64,000 nt of DNA from Limnochordales bacterium. GTDB lineage: Bacteria > Bacillota > Limnochordia > Limnochordales > ZCTH02-B6. The position numbers were made by a program, and so were the translations under genes. Below are positions 49,276 to 56,892 of this stretch, in pieces; position 1 is the first letter of the stretch; the number at the start of each line of letters is the position of its first letter. The stretch lies in NCBI GenBank assembly GCA_036564115.1, contig DATCLD010000111.1:5733-69732 (forward strand), given 5' to 3'. The notes under the pieces were generated by a model that saw only the letters and a list, made by a program, of their open reading frames with translations, was not told where the DNA came from and searched no databases.

Positions 49276-49339
49276 TTGACATACCCATCTGGGTATATTA
49301 ATCTTAACATGCGAGGATACCGTACCCGGTACCTGTATC
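49276..49339 (+). promoter_or_regulatory. Glutaredoxin-gene promoter (TTGACA-17-TAATCT) overlapped by a perfect ATACCCA-TC-TGGGTAT palindrome, plus a second related inverted repeat in the leader
   Basis: The -35 is at 49276..49281 and the -10 at 49299..49304. The palindrome ATACCCATCTGGGTAT is at 49281..49296. A second imperfect inverted repeat, GATACCGTACCCGGTACCTGTATC, is at 49316..49339. Confidence 0.55.
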
Positions 49340-49360
49340 TCAAGGGAGGGAATCAGTGCC

Positions 49361-49597
49361 GTGAAGACACCGATTGTGTATACGTCCGCGACCTGCCCCT
49401 ACTGCACCTTGCTCAAGCAGTTTCTGGACAGCCAGGGCATTGCCTACGAGGAGCGCAACGTCAGCTTGAATCGCCAGTACGTGGCTGAACTGGCGAAGCT
49501 GGGGGCGATGGGGGTGCCGACGACGGTCATCGACGGGCGGGTGATCGTGGGCTACCAGCCCCAGGCGATCCTTGACGCTGTCGGGGCGGCGGGCTAA
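49361..49597 (+). CDS. Glutaredoxin-like protein (NrdH/YruB-type thioredoxin fold)
   Basis: 78 aa. GTG start with GGGAGGG about 10 nt upstream. MKTPIVYTSATCPYCTLLKQFLDSQGIAYEERNV...GVPTTVIDGRVIVGY carries the CPYC active site. Confidence 0.88.
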   Translation: MKTPIVYTSATCPYCTLLKQFLDSQGIAYEERNVSLNRQYVAELAKLGAMGVPTTVIDGRVIVGYQPQAILDAVGAAG

Positions 49598-49624
49598 AGA
49601 GAAAAGCCGGCGGGACGTTAAAAG

Positions 49625-49669
49625 GCGGCGGGACGGGCCTCCGTGTTGAGAAGGAACCCGTCCCGCCGC
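49625..49669. terminator. Bidirectional intrinsic terminator between convergent glutaredoxin and leuS genes
   Basis: A 13-bp stem pairs GCGGCGGGACGGG (49625..49637) with CCCGTCCCGCCGC (49657..49669). AATTTTG follows on the plus strand. CTTTTAAC...CTTTTCTCTTT follows on the minus strand. Confidence 0.65.
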
Positions 49670-49744
49670 AATTTTGCCAGGTGCAGTCCCGGCGAGGGGC
49701 GCCGCTGGCCACCCTCACCTGGCCGTCGCCACGAGACTGCATCC

Positions 49745-52252
49745 CTACTGGGTTACCACGATATTGACGAGCCGCCCGGGTACCACCACGACCCGCGCCA
49801 CCTGCCGCCCGGCGATGTGCTCCTGGACCTTAGGCAGAGCCAGGGCCGCCTCGCGTACCTCGGCTTCGGACGCCTTCCGGGCCACCCACAGCCGGTCCCG
49901 CACCCGGCCGTTAACCTGCACCACAACCTCGATGGTATCGGCCTGAACCGCCTCCGGATCATAGCTCGGCCACGGCTGCAGGTGCACGCTGTCGGTACGG
50001 CCGAGCGTGCGCCACAGCTCCTCGGCCAAGTGCGGCGCGAAGGGCGCCAGCATCAGCACAAGCTTCTCGAGCCCCTCGGCCACGACGGCCTTGTCCTTCT
50101 CGGCCGCCGAGTCCTTGTACTGGTAGAAGGCGTTGACCAGCTCCATGACGGCGGCGATGGCGGTGTTGAAGTGGAACCGGTCCTCGATGTCCTGGGTCAC
50201 CTTCTTGAGCGTGCGGTGCACCATGCGCCGCAGCTCTTCCGCCACCGCGTCGCGGCCCGCCGGCGCCGGTCCCTGTGGCAACGGGCCGAGCTCATTGACC
50301 AGGTCCGTCACGAGGCGCCACACCCGGTTCAAGAAGCGATAGGCCCCTTCCACACCGGCGTCGCTCCACTCAAGGTCCCGCTCGGGCGGCGAGGCAAACA
50401 GGATGAACAGGCGCGCCGTGTCGGCCCCGTACGTCTGCACGATGTGGTTGGGGTCGACGGTGTTGCCCTTGGACTTGGACATCTTGGCCCCGTCCTTGAG
50501 CACCATCCCCTGGGTCAACAGCCGCTCAAACGGCCGAGGTGTGCTGACAAGCCCCAGGTCGGCCAGCACCATCTGGAAGAAGCGGGCGTACATCAAGTGC
50601 AAGATCGCATGCTCGACGCCGCCGATGTACTGGTCCACGGGCATCCAGTAGTCGACCTTGTCCTTGTCAAATGCGGCGTTGCGGTTGTGTGGGTCGCAAA
50701 ACCGCAAGAAATACCACGACGAGTCGACGAAGGTGTCCATCGTGTCCGTCTCCCGGCGGGCCGGCCCGCCGCACTTGGGACACGTAGTGTTGACGAACTC
50801 CGGCTTATCGACCAGCGGCGACTGACCGGTCGGCTTGAAGGATACGTCTTCCGGCAAAAGCACCGGCAACTGGTCCTCGGGCACCGGCACCGTCCCGCAG
50901 CGGTCGCAGTAGACGATGGGGATCGGGCAGCCCCAGTAACGCTGGCGGGAGATGAGCCAGTCCCGCAGCCGGTACTGCACCCGGCGCCGCCCGATGCCCC
51001 GCCGCTCCACCTCATCTGCGATGCGCTCGAGCCCTTCCCGGTTGGGCAGGCCGGTGTACGGCCCGGAGTTGACCATGGTGCCGTCTTCCGTGTAGGCGAT
51101 CGTCATCGTCGCGGCGTCGGGCAGATCGCCCGAGGGCGGAGCGATGACCACCCGCACGGGCAGGCCGTAGCGCCGCGCGAAGTCCAAGTCCCGCTGGTCG
51201 TGGGCGGGTACCGCCATGATCGCGCCCGTGCCGTAGCCCATCAGGACGTAGTTGCCGATCCAGATGGGGATTTCCTCGCCGGTGAACGGGTTCACGCAGT
51301 AGCTGCCGGTGAACATGCCCAGCTTCTCCGCGTCCTCGGCCGCGCGCGCGATCTCGCCCTGCCGGCGCACGTCCTCAATGAAACGCTCGATGGCCTCCCG
51401 GTCCGGCGAATCCGCGATCAGCCGCGGCACCAGCGGGTGTTCCGGGGCAATGACCATGTAGGTGGCGCCGTAGATGGTGTCGGCGCGGGTTGTGAACACG
51501 GCCAGGGCCTCGTCCATGCCCTTGATGGGGAACTGGATCTCGACGCCAGTGCTCTTGCCGATCCAGTTGCGCTGCATGATCTTGACCTTGTCCGGCCAGC
51601 CGGTCAACTCGTCCAGCTCGCTCAAGAGCCGCTCGGCGTACTGCGTGATGCGGAAAAACCACTGCTCGAGATCCCGCACCGTGACCGGCGTATCGCAGCG
51701 CTCGCAGCAGCCGTCGACCACCTGCTCGTTGGCCAGCACCGTCTGGCACTTGGGACACCAGTTGACCGGCGCCCGCTTCTTTTCCACCAGCCCGGCCTTG
51801 TAAAACTGCAAAAACAGCCACTGGGTCCAGCGGTAGTAGTCGGGATGGCACGAGGCTACCTCGCGGCTCCAGTCGTAGCTGATGCCCAGCCGCTTCAGCT
51901 GTTTGCGCATGTAGTCGATGTTGTCCCACGTCCACGGGCTTGGGTGGATGTTGTGCTGGATGGCCGCGTTTTCCGCCGGCAAGCCGAAGGCGTCCCAGCC
52001 CATTGGGTGCAGCACGTTGAAACCGCGCATGCGCTTATAACGCGCCACCACGTCCCCGATGGTGTAGTTGCGCACGTGGCCCATGTGCAGCTTCCCCGAC
52101 GGGTATGGAAACATCTCGAGGACATAGTACTTGGGCTTGGACGGATCCTCATATACTCGGTATAGCTGCTGTTCATCCCAAACCCGCTGCCACTTTTGCT
52201 CGACGGCGTCAAAATCGTAAGTGGTCGGCCTCATGGTCGCCGTACGTTCCAT
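49745..52252 (-). CDS. leuS: Leucine--tRNA ligase
   Basis: Listed ORF 49745..52258. I prefer ATG 52252, with GAGGTG 7 nt upstream. [21 protein letters not shown] carries the HIGH motif and KMSKSKGN the KMSKS motif. The CP1 editing domain is present. Confidence 0.96.
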   Translation of the reverse strand: MERTATMRPTTYDFDAVEQKWQRVWDEQQLYRVYEDPSKPKYYVLEMFPYPSGKLHMGHVRNYTIGDVVARYKRMRGFNVLHPMGWDAFGLPAENAAIQHNIHPSPWTWDNIDYMRKQLKRLGISYDWSREVASCHPDYYRWTQWLFLQFYKAGLVEKKRAPVNWCPKCQTVLANEQVVDGCCERCDTPVTVRDLEQWFFRITQYAERLLSELDELTGWPDKVKIMQRNWIGKSTGVEIQFPIKGMDEALAVFTTRADTIYGATYMVIAPEHPLVPRLIADSPDREAIERFIEDVRRQGEIARAAEDAEKLGMFTGSYCVNPFTGEEIPIWIGNYVLMGYGTGAIMAVPAHDQRDLDFARRYGLPVRVVIAPPSGDLPDAATMTIAYTEDGTMVNSGPYTGLPNREGLERIADEVERRGIGRRRVQYRLRDWLISRQRYWGCPIPIVYCDRCGTVPVPEDQLPVLLPEDVSFKPTGQSPLVDKPEFVNTTCPKCGGPARRETDTMDTFVDSSWYFLRFCDPHNRNAAFDKDKVDYWMPVDQYIGGVEHAILHLMYARFFQMVLADLGLVSTPRPFERLLTQGMVLKDGAKMSKSKGNTVDPNHIVQTYGADTARLFILFASPPERDLEWSDAGVEGAYRFLNRVWRLVTDLVNELGPLPQGPAPAGRDAVAEELRRMVHRTLKKVTQDIEDRFHFNTAIAAVMELVNAFYQYKDSAAEKDKAVVAEGLEKLVLMLAPFAPHLAEELWRTLGRTDSVHLQPWPSYDPEAVQADTIEVVVQVNGRVRDRLWVARKASEAEVREAALALPKVQEHIAGRQVARVVVVPGRLVNIVVTQ

Positions 52253-52261
52253 CTGCATGCA

Positions 52262-52632
52262 CCTCGCTACAAAAAAGCGCCTTCCGTCCCCTTAGAGACG
52301 AAAGGCGTAAACCTTCCGCGGTACCACTCTAATTGGCCGCTGGTGCGGCCCCCTCTGCGGCCCCGATTTCCCGGTGCCATTCCGCGGTAACGGGCGGAAC
52401 CCGGTCCCGTCTACTTGCCCCGGCCGCTTGCCTCACCGTCCGGTGCGGCTTGCGGCGCGCCGCCCTGTACGGCCCCGTTTGCTGCCGGGACGTTCGGGGA
52501 ACGACTCCGGGGCGAGTTTCGGTCGCGCTCAGGTACCATCTCGCACCAGCCGATGGCTCTCTGCAACCGAGCCGCGGCCTATTGCTCCCCATCATCGCCA
52601 GTCATAATTTTTCCCATAGTGCGTGGATGGTG
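52262..52632 (-). promoter_or_regulatory. T-box riboswitch leader of leuS (probable Leu CUC specifier)
   Basis: The reverse strand carries the conserved T-box sequence AATTAGAGTGGTACCGCGG (52334..52316) just 5' of the terminator. Stem I elements are GCGATGATGGGGAGCAATAG, the AG bay CAGAGAGC and the distal loop GGCTGGTGCGAGA. The candidate specifier loop is CGAAACUCGCC, with CUC at 52516..52514. Confidence 0.85.
52271..52307 (-). terminator. T-box leader terminator
   Basis: The RNA reads CGCCUUUCGUC-ucuaaggg-GACGGAAGGCG followed by CUUUUUUGU. The stem is 11 bp with one G-U pair. Its 5' arm overlaps the sequence able to pair with the T-box motif (antiterminator). Confidence 0.8.
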
Positions 52633-52638
52633 CCTCTG

Positions 52639-52667
52639 ATCCTAGCACACGCCTCCGCCGCTGTCAA
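52639..52667 (-). promoter_or_regulatory. Sigma-A type promoter for the leuS T-box leader (TTGACA-17-TAGGAT)
   Basis: The reverse strand reads TTGACAgcggcggaggcgtgtgcTAGGAT. The -35 is at 52667..52662 and the -10 at 52644..52639. Confidence 0.65.
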
Positions 52668-52685
52668 CGGCCGCTCCGACGGCCT

Positions 52686-52826
52686 TTAGCGGATGGAGAG
52701 CACGAGGTACCAGCCGGCCCAGACGACCAGCGCTATGCTGAGGCCGACGAGCCATGCCGGTACCGGCGCGTCGCCAGTCTCCGGCAGGACCGGCGTCTCC
52801 TCCTGGATCCGTTCCTCCAGCTCCAT
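52686..52826 (-). CDS. Unlisted 46-aa single-TM mini-protein
   Basis: ATG 52826 has GGGGGTGA 6 nt upstream. I translated it codon by codon: MELEERIQEETPVLPETGDAPVPAWLVGLSIALVVWAGWYLVLSIR, ending in TAA. It has an acidic N-terminal tail and one Trp-rich TM helix. Third codon positions are mostly G/C. No family recognised. Confidence 0.55.
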   Translation of the reverse strand: MELEERIQEETPVLPETGDAPVPAWLVGLSIALVVWAGWYLVLSIR

Positions 52827-52881
52827 CCCGCGTCACCCCCAACCCGCATGCGCCGCGGCTACCAGCGGCGCGCAAAGCGCA

Positions 52882-53031
52882 TCAGAAGAACTCGGTCAGA
52901 TAATGGTAGTACAACCCCTCGGCGCCCCAGATGGACCAGCCGTTCAAGGGCAAAAGCACCGTGGCCAGCAGGACAAACCCGAGCATCACCAGGGCGCCGA
53001 AAACGATGGTCGCCACCGTCGGCCGCTGCAC
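52882..53031 (-). CDS. Unlisted 49-aa single-TM mini-protein
   Basis: GTG 53031 has GAGGTGA 6 nt upstream, and an in-frame TGA lies two codons upstream. I translated it codon by codon: VQRPTVATIVFGALVMLGFVLLATVLLPLNGWSIWGAEGLYYHYLTEFF, ending in TGA. It has one TM helix and an aromatic tail. Third codon positions are mostly G/C. No family recognised. Confidence 0.55.
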   Translation of the reverse strand: MQRPTVATIVFGALVMLGFVLLATVLLPLNGWSIWGAEGLYYHYLTEFF

Positions 53032-53093
53032 ACATGTTCACCTCGCGTCCTTGCGGCCAAGCCGCCGCCGGAAACCGGGCAACCAGGCCGCTG

Positions 53094-54341
53094 TCAACGG
53101 GAAACTCCCTTGGGCAATTCCACCGCAACCTTTGATTCCCTTCTCGCCTTAGAGTCGTGCAGGCCAGGAGTAAGCAGTTCCTGGTATGCTCCGACCAGGC
53201 GCAGGGCCATCTCGCGGCTGCTCAAGCTCTCTGCCCGCTGCCGGGCCCGGGCGGCGAAGCGCTGGCGCTTTGCCGGATCCCCGAGCAACGACAGCACCGC
53301 CTGCGCCAACTCCTGGGGGTCTTCTCGCCGCAACAGCCCCTGCACCCCGTTTTGCACCATGTCGTGGGTGCCCGGGGCATCGACGCCGACGACCGGCAGC
53401 CCAGCCGCCATGGCCTCCAAGGTAGCAAGCCCTTGGGTTTCCGTGGTGGAAGCGATCACAAACAGGTCGGCGCCGTGGAACGCCTGGACGACTTCGTGCC
53501 GGGAGTAAGTGCCGGTGAAATGCACCCATTGCCCAAGACCCATCTCCCGGGCGAGCCGTTCAAGTCGGGGGCGATCCGGGCCGTCGCCCACGAGCACCAA
53601 GTGGACATCGTCCTGGATGGCCCGGACGTGCTGCAGCGCTTCCAGCAGAAACCCCACGTTCTTTTCCCGCGCGAGGCGGCCGACGAAGATGAGCACCGGG
53701 GCGTCGGGGCCGATGTTAAGCCGCTCCCGCAGCCACCTGCGGTCGCCTTGGCGGTAGTCGTCCACCGGGATGCCGGTGGGGATCACCTGGACCGGCTTGC
53801 CCTCAAGGCGGTAGGTTTCCACGATGAAGTCGCGGATCTGGGGCGTCGGCGCGATTACCAGGTCGCACCGCTTGCAGTATGCGGCCACGTAGCGGAGCAT
53901 CAACTGGCGCAGCACTGTGCGCACGCCCGGCACATAGTGCACGTACTCGTGATACATGGTGTGATGGGTGAACACGAGTGGGATCCGCCGCCGCCGGGCC
54001 AGCACCGCCGCCATGACGCCCATCATAAACGGCGTATGGGTATGGATGATGTCGATGCCGAGCTCAGCCAGGAGCGCCTCGGCCTGCATCGAAATGGGAA
54101 CTGGTACCGTAAATCCGCGGTACGTGGGCACCGGGATGGACCAGAAGCGGAACACCCGCAGAGCAGGCGGGCGCTCGGGCCTCGCGGACGGCCCCGGGGG
54201 CTGGTGGTAGTATCGGGGCCCGAAGATGTACACCTCGTGGCCCAGCTCGAGGAGCTCCGCGCCGAAGGTGTCGATGGACCGCACGACCCCGCTGACGTAG
54301 GGCTGGTAGCTGTCGGTAAATACCGCGATCTTCACCGGCAA
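53094..54341 (-). CDS. GT4-family (GT-B fold) glycosyltransferase, diacylglycerol-glycosyltransferase-like
   Basis: Distal 415 codons of listed ORF 53094..54824. TTG 54341 has GGGAGG 6 nt upstream (GTG 54335 is an alternative). LPVKIAVFTDSYQPYVSGVVRSIDTFGAELLELGHEVYIFGP..., IIHTHTPFMMG, FVGRLAREKN and the EX7E region IASTTETQGLATLEAMAAGLPVV are present. The N-terminal 160 codons of the listed ORF are antisense to rnpB and lie upstream of the promoter. Confidence 0.85.
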   Translation of the reverse strand: MPVKIAVFTDSYQPYVSGVVRSIDTFGAELLELGHEVYIFGPRYYHQPPGPSARPERPPALRVFRFWSIPVPTYRGFTVPVPISMQAEALLAELGIDIIHTHTPFMMGVMAAVLARRRRIPLVFTHHTMYHEYVHYVPGVRTVLRQLMLRYVAAYCKRCDLVIAPTPQIRDFIVETYRLEGKPVQVIPTGIPVDDYRQGDRRWLRERLNIGPDAPVLIFVGRLAREKNVGFLLEALQHVRAIQDDVHLVLVGDGPDRPRLERLAREMGLGQWVHFTGTYSRHEVVQAFHGADLFVIASTTETQGLATLEAMAAGLPVVGVDAPGTHDMVQNGVQGLLRREDPQELAQAVLSLLGDPAKRQRFAARARQRAESLSSREMALRLVGAYQELLTPGLHDSKARRESKVAVELPKGVSR

Positions 54342-54368
54342 AGGGTTCCTCCCTCGTGTTGCCCGCAT

Positions 54369-54419
54369 CCATTGTACCAGAAGGCGCCGATTGTGAAACC
54401 CCAGTCTCGGTGGTATAAT
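54369..54419. promoter_or_regulatory. Back-to-back extended -10 promoters: TGgTACAAT (minus, glycosyltransferase) and TTGTGA-17-TGgTATAAT (plus, rnpB)
   Basis: The minus strand reads cttcTGGTACAATgg, with the -10 at 54376..54371. The plus strand reads TTGTGAaaccccagtctcggTGGTATAAT, with the -35 at 54391..54396 and the -10 at 54414..54419. Confidence 0.6.
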
Positions 54420-54459
54420 GATTCTGCCGGCGGACCCGAGCGGTCCGCCAGCGCCCGGG

Positions 54460-54820
54460 CGCAGCAGGTGTGACGGATGGCCGCTGGCGGCTGATCGACA
54501 GCCGCTAGAGGAAAGTCCAGACTCGGCTGCCGGCGCTGCCGGCAGAAAGTTGGTGCCTGCCGCAAGGCAGGGCGGCGCAAGCCGACGGATGCGAAACCGA
54601 CCCTCGCGGCCGGGATTAGCTATAAAAGGGCCATAGAGACGAGCCGCCCCGGCGACGGGGCGGGTGGAACGTGGTAACCCCCACCACCGAGCAACCCCAA
54701 ATAGGCCCCGTAAGGGGCGGGTAGGGGGCAGCCTCCTGAGGGAGGCCGTCCGGTGCAAGGCCGGGCGAGATAGATGGCCATCAGAAACAGAATCTGGCTT
54801 ACGGTCACACCTGCTTACGC
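54460..54820 (+). ncRNA. rnpB: RNase P RNA (M1 RNA)
   Basis: Universal elements are present: GAGGAAAGTCCAGACTCGG (54509..), GGTGGAACGTGGTAACCCCCACC, GAGCAACCCCAAATAGG, AGATAGATGGCC and ACAGAATCTGGCTTAC. P1 pairs GCAGGTGTGAC (54464..54474) with GTCACACCTGC (54804..54814). By eye it resembles the B. subtilis RNA in the P10-P12 region. The structural type was not determined and the ends are good to about 10 nt. Confidence 0.88.
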
Positions 54821-54823
54821 GCA

Positions 54824-54876
54824 CGCTTCCGCCGGGGCCGACGGGCCCTGCGGAAGCGTGAGTTTTTATTTTTTCT
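54824..54876 (+). terminator. Intrinsic terminator of rnpB
   Basis: A 9-bp stem pairs CGCTTCCGC (54824..54832) with GCGGAAGCG (54850..54858). TGAGTTTTTATTTTTTC follows. Confidence 0.8.
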
Positions 54877-54882
54877 TCCTCC

Positions 54883-55374
54883 CTACTCCCCCGGCGCCAG
54901 GTAAAGGACGTACCCAGGCACGCCCTCCGGGCGGTAGGCGTGCTGCGGCAAGGCGGTCGCGGCCGCGGTCAGCGCGGTGCGGGCGATTTCCCGGGACAGG
55001 CCCATCACGGGCGCCAGTTCGTCAAGCTCGGCCCGGGAAACGAACCGTGCATCCAGGAGTTCCCGGCGGTCGATCGCCAGCTCGCCGCCGACGAAGTCCA
55101 GCAGGAAGATGGCCACCAGGTCGCCGCCCCGTTCGCGGATGCCCAACAGTCCCCGGACCCGGCCGAGCAGCCCGGTTTCCTCCCGGAGCTCCCGTTCCAC
55201 CGCCTCGGCCAGCGTCTCCCCGGGTTTGACGTAGCCCCCGGGGACGAACCAGCAGCCGGCCCCCTTGCCATAGCGGTTGTTGTAGGCCTGCTGGACCATA
55301 AGGACGCGACCCTCCCGGACCAGGGCACCGCAGACCCCGACCGACACCGCTTCCGCCCCCTGACCATCGCGCAT
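54883..55374 (-). CDS. NUDIX hydrolase
   Basis: Listed ORF 54883..55470. The Nudix box is [24 protein letters not shown]. The start is uncertain (ATG 55374 or the maximal 55470) and neither has a good SD. Confidence 0.85.
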   Translation of the reverse strand: MRDGQGAEAVSVGVCGALVREGRVLMVQQAYNNRYGKGAGCWFVPGGYVKPGETLAEAVERELREETGLLGRVRGLLGIRERGGDLVAIFLLDFVGGELAIDRRELLDARFVSRAELDELAPVMGLSREIARTALTAAATALPQHAYRPEGVPGYVLYLAPGE

Positions 55375-55536
55375 AGCCTGCCCGCCGGCGGGAGACACTG
55401 ACCGGTGCAACGGTGAGAAATGAACCGCCGTTACTGCACCTGCGGACACATTTGGTAGGTCAGCGTCCATCGGCGGGCAGGCACCGTTGCTTTTTTTGTT
55501 GCCTTGCCTTGCTTGTCTTGTTTTCTTGCTGCCCGT

Positions 55537-56742
55537 CTAGGCGCCGAATTTCTTCAGCCGCTGCGCGTGGGCAAGGATCAGCCCCATCAGGTCCCGGGAC
55601 CGCAGCTGGCCCAAGGTGCCCCGGGTGCAGGCGGTTTCGCCGAAGCCGTCCACCCACGGGTTGGCCCGCGCCGAGCGGGAGGCCAGCAGCACCGGCACCG
55701 GGTGCCAGCTGTGGCTCCGCAGGGCAGCAGGCGTCGAGTGGTCCCCCGTCACCACCAGCACATCGGGATTGAGGGCGAGAATCTCCGGCAACAGCGCGTC
55801 GACCGCCTCAATCTCCCGTACTTTGCGGTCGAAGTCCCCGTCCTCGCCGGCCGCGTCGGTGCCCTTGACGTGGATGAAGAAGAAGTCGAAGTCGTTCCAC
55901 GCCTGCTTCAGCGAGGCCACCTGGTCGGCGAGGCTTTTGCCCGCCGGCAGCTCCGTCATGCCCACGATCTTGGCGAGACCCCGGTACATGGGGTAGATGG
56001 CCAGCACCGCGGCCCGCAGTTGGTACAGCTCGGCGAAACTCGGGATCGCCGGCAGCCGGCCGAAGCCCCGCACGAGGATGGTGTTGGCCCTGGGTTCGCC
56101 GGCCAGGACGCGGTTGGCCTCAGCGATAAAGCGGTTAACCAGCTCGGCGGTGGCCTCCGCCTCCGGTGCGAGGGCCCTGGCCGGCAACGGCGGCCGGCCC
56201 GTCACCTGCGGGTCGGTGTCGCTCACGTGCTCCGACAAGCCTGGGCCGCGCAGGATGACGACCGCCCGGTACTGCATCTCGGGCTCGATGATGATTTCTA
56301 CCCCTGGCAGGCGGATCTCCCGCAGCCGCTGGCAGAGCCTGGCCGCTTCCTCCGTGGGGATCCGGCCGGCGCGCCGGTCGGTGATAACGCCGTTCTCCAT
56401 GGTGGCGAAGTTGATCCGGCACGCCACGTCCTCGGGCTTGATGTCGAGCCCGACGCCGACGGCCGACAGCACCCCGCGGCCGATGCGGTACTTGACCGCG
56501 TCGTACCCAAACAGGGCCAGGTGCGCCGGCGCGCTGCCCGGGGTCACCCCCGGCGCGACGGGCGTGGCCAAGCCCAAAGACCCCCGCCGGGCCAGGGCGT
56601 CCAAGTTGGGCGTGCGGGCAGTCTCCAGCTCCGTCAAACCGGTTTCCGGATGGGGCAGACCGCCCAGGCCGTCCATGACCAGCAGCACGATCTTCGTGTC
56701 CGCGGGGACGGCCAGCTCTTTGAGCAGGTCGATGGTCTCCAT
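55537..56742 (-). CDS. apgM: Cofactor-independent phosphoglycerate mutase, archaeal/ApgM type (alkaline-phosphatase superfamily)
   Basis: 401 aa. ATG 56742 has GGGGGATGAG 5 nt upstream. METIDLLKELAVPADTKIVLLVMDGLGGLP...TPNLD...GSAPAHLALFGYD...HVKGTDAAGEDGDF..., VVTGDHSTP and SHSWHPVP are ApgM motifs. Confidence 0.88.
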   Translation of the reverse strand: METIDLLKELAVPADTKIVLLVMDGLGGLPHPETGLTELETARTPNLDALARRGSLGLATPVAPGVTPGSAPAHLALFGYDAVKYRIGRGVLSAVGVGLDIKPEDVACRINFATMENGVITDRRAGRIPTEEAARLCQRLREIRLPGVEIIIEPEMQYRAVVILRGPGLSEHVSDTDPQVTGRPPLPARALAPEAEATAELVNRFIAEANRVLAGEPRANTILVRGFGRLPAIPSFAELYQLRAAVLAIYPMYRGLAKIVGMTELPAGKSLADQVASLKQAWNDFDFFFIHVKGTDAAGEDGDFDRKVREIEAVDALLPEILALNPDVLVVTGDHSTPAALRSHSWHPVPVLLASRSARANPWVDGFGETACTRGTLGQLRSRDLMGLILAHAQRLKKFGA

Positions 56743-56892
56743 GGGAACTCATCCCCCTTTTGGGGTATCATTTCTCCGGCGTCGATGGGAACGCCTGCGG
56801 GCCGCGCCCCGCCGCAGGCCGTTCCAAAGGACAGAACGCTTTCTCTGGCGAAGTTTTTTTGTTTGGGTTGTCTTGACGAGGAGGACTGGAGA

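Noticed and set aside
49643-52165. 840-aa plus-strand ORF
   Set aside because: It is the antisense shadow of leuS.
54342-54824. N-terminal ~160 codons of listed ORF 53094..54824
   Set aside because: This part is antisense to RNase P RNA and lies upstream of the glycosyltransferase promoter and RBS. The sequence (RVSRCDRKPDSVSDGHLSRP...) has no GT-like features.
55504-56892. N-terminal 463 codons of the listed 1704-aa ORF 55504..60618
   Set aside because: This part is antisense to the well-supported apgM gene and then crosses the intergenic spacer. The chelatase-like sequence and a strong SD (GAGGAGGA-7-TTG) begin only at 56893.
56743-56892. Cobalamin riboswitch upstream of the CobN-like gene
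   Set aside because: I looked for the conserved B12-box-like core and the typical multi-stem layout on the plus strand and did not find them. Only a single GC hairpin is present. This should still be confirmed with a covariance model.
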